From an uncultured Bacilli bacterium (GTDB lineage Bacteria; Bacillota_I; Bacilli_A; RF39; UBA660), in contig CALVSZ010000001.1 of the NCBI GenBank assembly GCA_944359705.1, forward strand, positions 1 through 48,175: 48,175 bases of DNA, written 5' to 3'. Numbering within the stretch: the first letter of the stretch is position 1; every line of letters starts with the position of its first letter. The notes under the pieces were generated by a model. It had not been told where the DNA came from and ran no database searches. It saw nothing but the letters and a program-made list of their open reading frames with translations. The translations under genes were made by a program, and so were the position numbers. Below are positions 45,763-48,175 of the stretch, one piece after another.

Positions 45763-46683
45763 ATGGGGCTATTAGATAAACTAAAAAATTTATTTACTGA
45801 TGAAGAAGAAATAATTGAAGAAGAAGAAATAGATGTTGAAGATGCTGAAGAAGAGGAAGTAGAAGAAAATAAACTTCCAACATTTATGAGAGAAAAAATA
45901 GAAAGAGAAGAAAAACAAATTAATATTTTAGAAGAGAAAGCTAGAGAAGAAGAAAAAGAATTAAGTGATAGAAATTTAGCAAGTAATAATAATAGTTTTA
46001 AATTCCCAATAGCATTTGAAGATAAAGATTTTGAAATTGGCAGTTATAGTGATCAAAATGTTATTAAGAAAGAAAAAACGATTGAGGTAAAAAAAACAGT
46101 ATCTGAATTATATACAAAAAAAAGTGATAATAAAAAAGATAAGAAGCCAGCATTTAAAGCTACTCCAATTATTTCTCCTGTGTATGGTATTCTAGATAAA
46201 AACTATAAAAAAGAAGAAGTAAAAGCTAAAAAAGAAAGTGATTATGAAATAAAAAGGCCTTCTAAAAAAATTGATTTTGAAACAGTTAGAATGAAAGCTT
46301 TTGGTACACTTTCTGATGAAATTACTGATAATTTAGTATTAGATAGTTTCAATAGTATTAAAGAAGCAAGTGAAGTAGAAGTATGTCCTGATGAAGATTT
46401 ACTTAGTGATATGATTTCTGAAGATAAAAAAGGTGAAACAATAGCTACAGCAGAAGAAAACTATTTTGATTTTGGAGTAGAATACGAAGCTAACAAAGAT
46501 AGAGAAAATGAAAAAAATGAAGTTAAAATAGTTAACCATAATGATGAAGAAGTTACTTCTGAAAAAATTGAAGTAAAAGAAAGTAATAATAAAAAAGAAA
46601 ATGATAATAATAATGATGTAGAACTTACTGATGATTTATTTAACTTGATTGATTCAATGTATAAAGAAAGGGACGATTTATAA
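45763..46683 (+). CDS. Highly acidic Glu/Lys-rich protein with an N-terminal amphipathic helix
   Basis: MGLLDKLKNLFTDEEE... The N-terminus resembles the SepF/MinD-type membrane-targeting helix. There is one short conserved-looking island, KATPIISPVYGILD. Confidence 0.6.
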   Translation: MGLLDKLKNLFTDEEEIIEEEEIDVEDAEEEEVEENKLPTFMREKIEREEKQINILEEKAREEEKELSDRNLASNNNSFKFPIAFEDKDFEIGSYSDQNVIKKEKTIEVKKTVSELYTKKSDNKKDKKPAFKATPIISPVYGILDKNYKKEEVKAKKESDYEIKRPSKKIDFETVRMKAFGTLSDEITDNLVLDSFNSIKEASEVEVCPDEDLLSDMISEDKKGETIATAEENYFDFGVEYEANKDRENEKNEVKIVNHNDEEVTSEKIEVKESNNKKENDNNNDVELTDDLFNLIDSMYKERDDL

Positions 46684-46973
46684 TGGAATTATTGGAATTT
46701 TTACAAATTTTATTATACATGCTTGGTTCTATATTGTTAGTAGTTTTAATAGTATTAGGTGTAAAGTTAATCATTACTATGAATAAAATAGAAGTAGTAG
46801 TTGATGATATTAGTATTAAAGTAGGTAAGTTAAATGGATTATTTTCAGTAATTGACGCTACTACTGATAAATTATCAATGCTTAGTGATAAAATGGTAGA
46901 TGCAGTAAGTGTTCTTATTAGAAAAATATTTAAAAGGAAAAAGAGAAAGGATGATATTGATGAGCAAGAATAA
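46683..46973 (+). CDS. DUF948-like small membrane protein (YtxG-like)
   Basis: One N-terminal TM, then a helical region. It sits directly upstream of a YtxH-like gene, as in the Bacillus ytxG-ytxH pair (from memory). Confidence 0.55.
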   Translation: MELLEFLQILLYMLGSILLVVLIVLGVKLIITMNKIEVVVDDISIKVGKLNGLFSVIDATTDKLSMLSDKMVDAVSVLIRKIFKRKKRKDDIDEQE

Positions 46974-47370
46974 AAAAAGTGGTATTGGTAAATTTGTATT
47001 AGGTGCAGCCGTTGGAGCAGGTTTAGGATTATTGTTTGCTCCAAAAAAAGGAAGTGAAACTAGAAAAGATTTAAAAAAGAAATTTGATGAATTAGTAGCT
47101 AAAATTAAAGAAATAGATGTAGAAGAAGTAAAAAATGAATTTTTTCAAAAAGTAGATGCCATAAAATTAGAATTAGAAGATTTAGATAAAGAAAAAGCGC
47201 TTAAAATTGCTAAAGAAAAAGGTGAAGACTTAAAGAAAAAAACAGAAGAGTTATTAGCGCTTGCCAAAGAAAAAGGTACGCCTGCATTAGAAAAAGCAGC
47301 AAGAGATTTAAAAGATAGAACTATTGATGCTTTAAAAGAAATAATTAATAAGTTAGAAGCAAGTAAATAG
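46960..47370 (+). CDS. YtxH-domain protein
   Basis: MSKNKKSGIGKFVLGAAVGAGLGLLFAPKKGSETRKDLKKK is the canonical YtxH N-terminus. Start moved to the ATG at 46960. Confidence 0.8.
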   Translation: MSKNKKSGIGKFVLGAAVGAGLGLLFAPKKGSETRKDLKKKFDELVAKIKEIDVEEVKNEFFQKVDAIKLELEDLDKEKALKIAKEKGEDLKKKTEELLALAKEKGTPALEKAARDLKDRTIDALKEIINKLEASK

Positions 47371-47375
47371 AAATT

Positions 47376-47399
47376 AGAAACTTTATGTTTCTTTTTTTT
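47376..47399 (+). terminator. Intrinsic terminator after the YtxH-like gene
   Basis: AGAAAC-TTTAT-GTTTCT followed by TTTTTTT. Confidence 0.65.
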
Positions 47400-47438
47400 C
47401 ATAAATTTTATAGTATAATAATCTACGAGGTGAATAAT

Positions 47439-48098
47439 ATGGTGGATAAATATCATTTAACAAAAGATCAAAATTTATTTTTGGCAAAAAAAGTTTTGGT
47501 ATCTAATATCTACAACAGTGTAAGATTAGAAGGTATTAATACAACATATCCTGATATTAAAACTATTTTAGAAGGAGTTAATGTACCAACTTTAAAATTA
47601 GATGAAATAAATTGTATATTAAATTTAAGGGATGCCTGGAATTTTGTATTAATTAATATTGATGATGAAATAGATTTAAATTTTATTTGTAAAGTAAATC
47701 CGTTTGTTTCAAGAAACGAATCGTTAGAATGGGGAGTTTTAAGAAATGGGCGTGTTGGTATTAATGGTGTTGATTACATTCCAGATATACCTAATATGGA
47801 TGATGTAAAAAATAATATAAATGATATATTGAATGAAAATAATGCTACTACAAAAGCAATTAAATTGATGCTTTATTTAATGCGTAGTCAAATATTTTGG
47901 GACGGCAATAAGCGTACTAGTATGATAATTGCTAATAAAATCTTAATTAGTAATGGTTGTGGTGTTATTACAATAAAAGAATGTGATATAAAGGAATTTA
48001 ATACATTATTAACTGAATACTATAACACAAATAATGATGAAAAATTATGTTTGTTTTTATATGAAAAGTGTATTTTTGGTTTAGAAATTAATTCTTAG
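47439..48098 (+). CDS. Fic/Doc-family protein with a degenerate active-site motif
   Basis: Fic_N-like SVRLEGINTT near the N-terminus. The motif position reads QIFWDGNKRTSM (47889-47924), against canonical H-x-F-x-(D/E)-G-N-G-R-x-x-R and Doc H-x-F-x-D-A-N-K-R. Start at the ATG 47439 behind GAGGTG. Confidence 0.65.
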   Translation: MVDKYHLTKDQNLFLAKKVLVSNIYNSVRLEGINTTYPDIKTILEGVNVPTLKLDEINCILNLRDAWNFVLINIDDEIDLNFICKVNPFVSRNESLEWGVLRNGRVGINGVDYIPDIPNMDDVKNNINDILNENNATTKAIKLMLYLMRSQIFWDGNKRTSMIIANKILISNGCGVITIKECDIKEFNTLLTEYYNTNNDEKLCLFLYEKCIFGLEINS

Positions 48099-48175
48099 GA
48101 TAGTGTAACAATTTATCGGAAAACTAAATAGTTGTGTTCGGATAAGCAAGGTTATTTAAAATATAACTAATAGGG

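Noticed and set aside
1-48175. Scanned for CRISPR arrays, rRNA genes, integrase or recombinase genes, and known defence-gene signatures (Walker A NTPases next to nucleases, TIR, HEPN, reverse transcriptase).
   Set aside because: I saw no regularly spaced direct repeats, no rRNA-like sequence and none of these protein signatures. The only nuclease-type genes are the TnpB stub and the MvaI/BcnI-like ORF reported above.

Overview
This is an AT-rich (by eye roughly three quarters A+T) chromosomal segment from a low-GC Gram-positive bacterium (Bacillota, Clostridia/Erysipelotrichia-like). spoVS and a SigK/SigE-type sigma factor point to a sporulation lineage. It holds about 50 protein genes, nearly all on the + strand, tightly packed and mostly with strong Shine-Dalgarno sites. 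Housekeeping genes I recognise are uppS, holA, leuS (behind a Leu T-box), rpoZ, proS, secG, rnr, smpB and a tRNA-Ala/tRNA-Pro pair. Envelope genes include a lipoprotein-MBOAT-DHHW triad, M15 and M23 peptidases, CapA and a GT4 glycosyltransferase, and there is also a P-type ATPase. Mobile DNA: the last 26 codons of a TnpB-like gene with a structured omega-RNA-like tail sit at the left edge, and a complete IS30-family element spans 42339-44122 with 23-bp perfect inverted repeats. Observations that stand out: (1) a four-gene translationally coupled cassette of unrecognisable proteins fused to holA (15135-19750), my best candidate for an undescribed system; (2) a solitary MvaI/BcnI-type restriction-endonuclease homologue with intact PD-ExK residues and no methyltransferase (26014-26796), beside the tRNA pair; (3) a GH31-fold protein that appears to lack all three hallmark Asp residues; (4) tandem RNase R paralogues, the second divergent; (5) a small membrane-protein ORF between the Leu T-box and leuS; (6) a Fic/Doc-like protein without the catalytic His; (7) an AT-rich block of an XRE regulator plus orphan membrane proteins (37762-42325) ending at the IS. 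All family assignments come from by-eye motif recognition and memory of the families. None has been verified by a database search.
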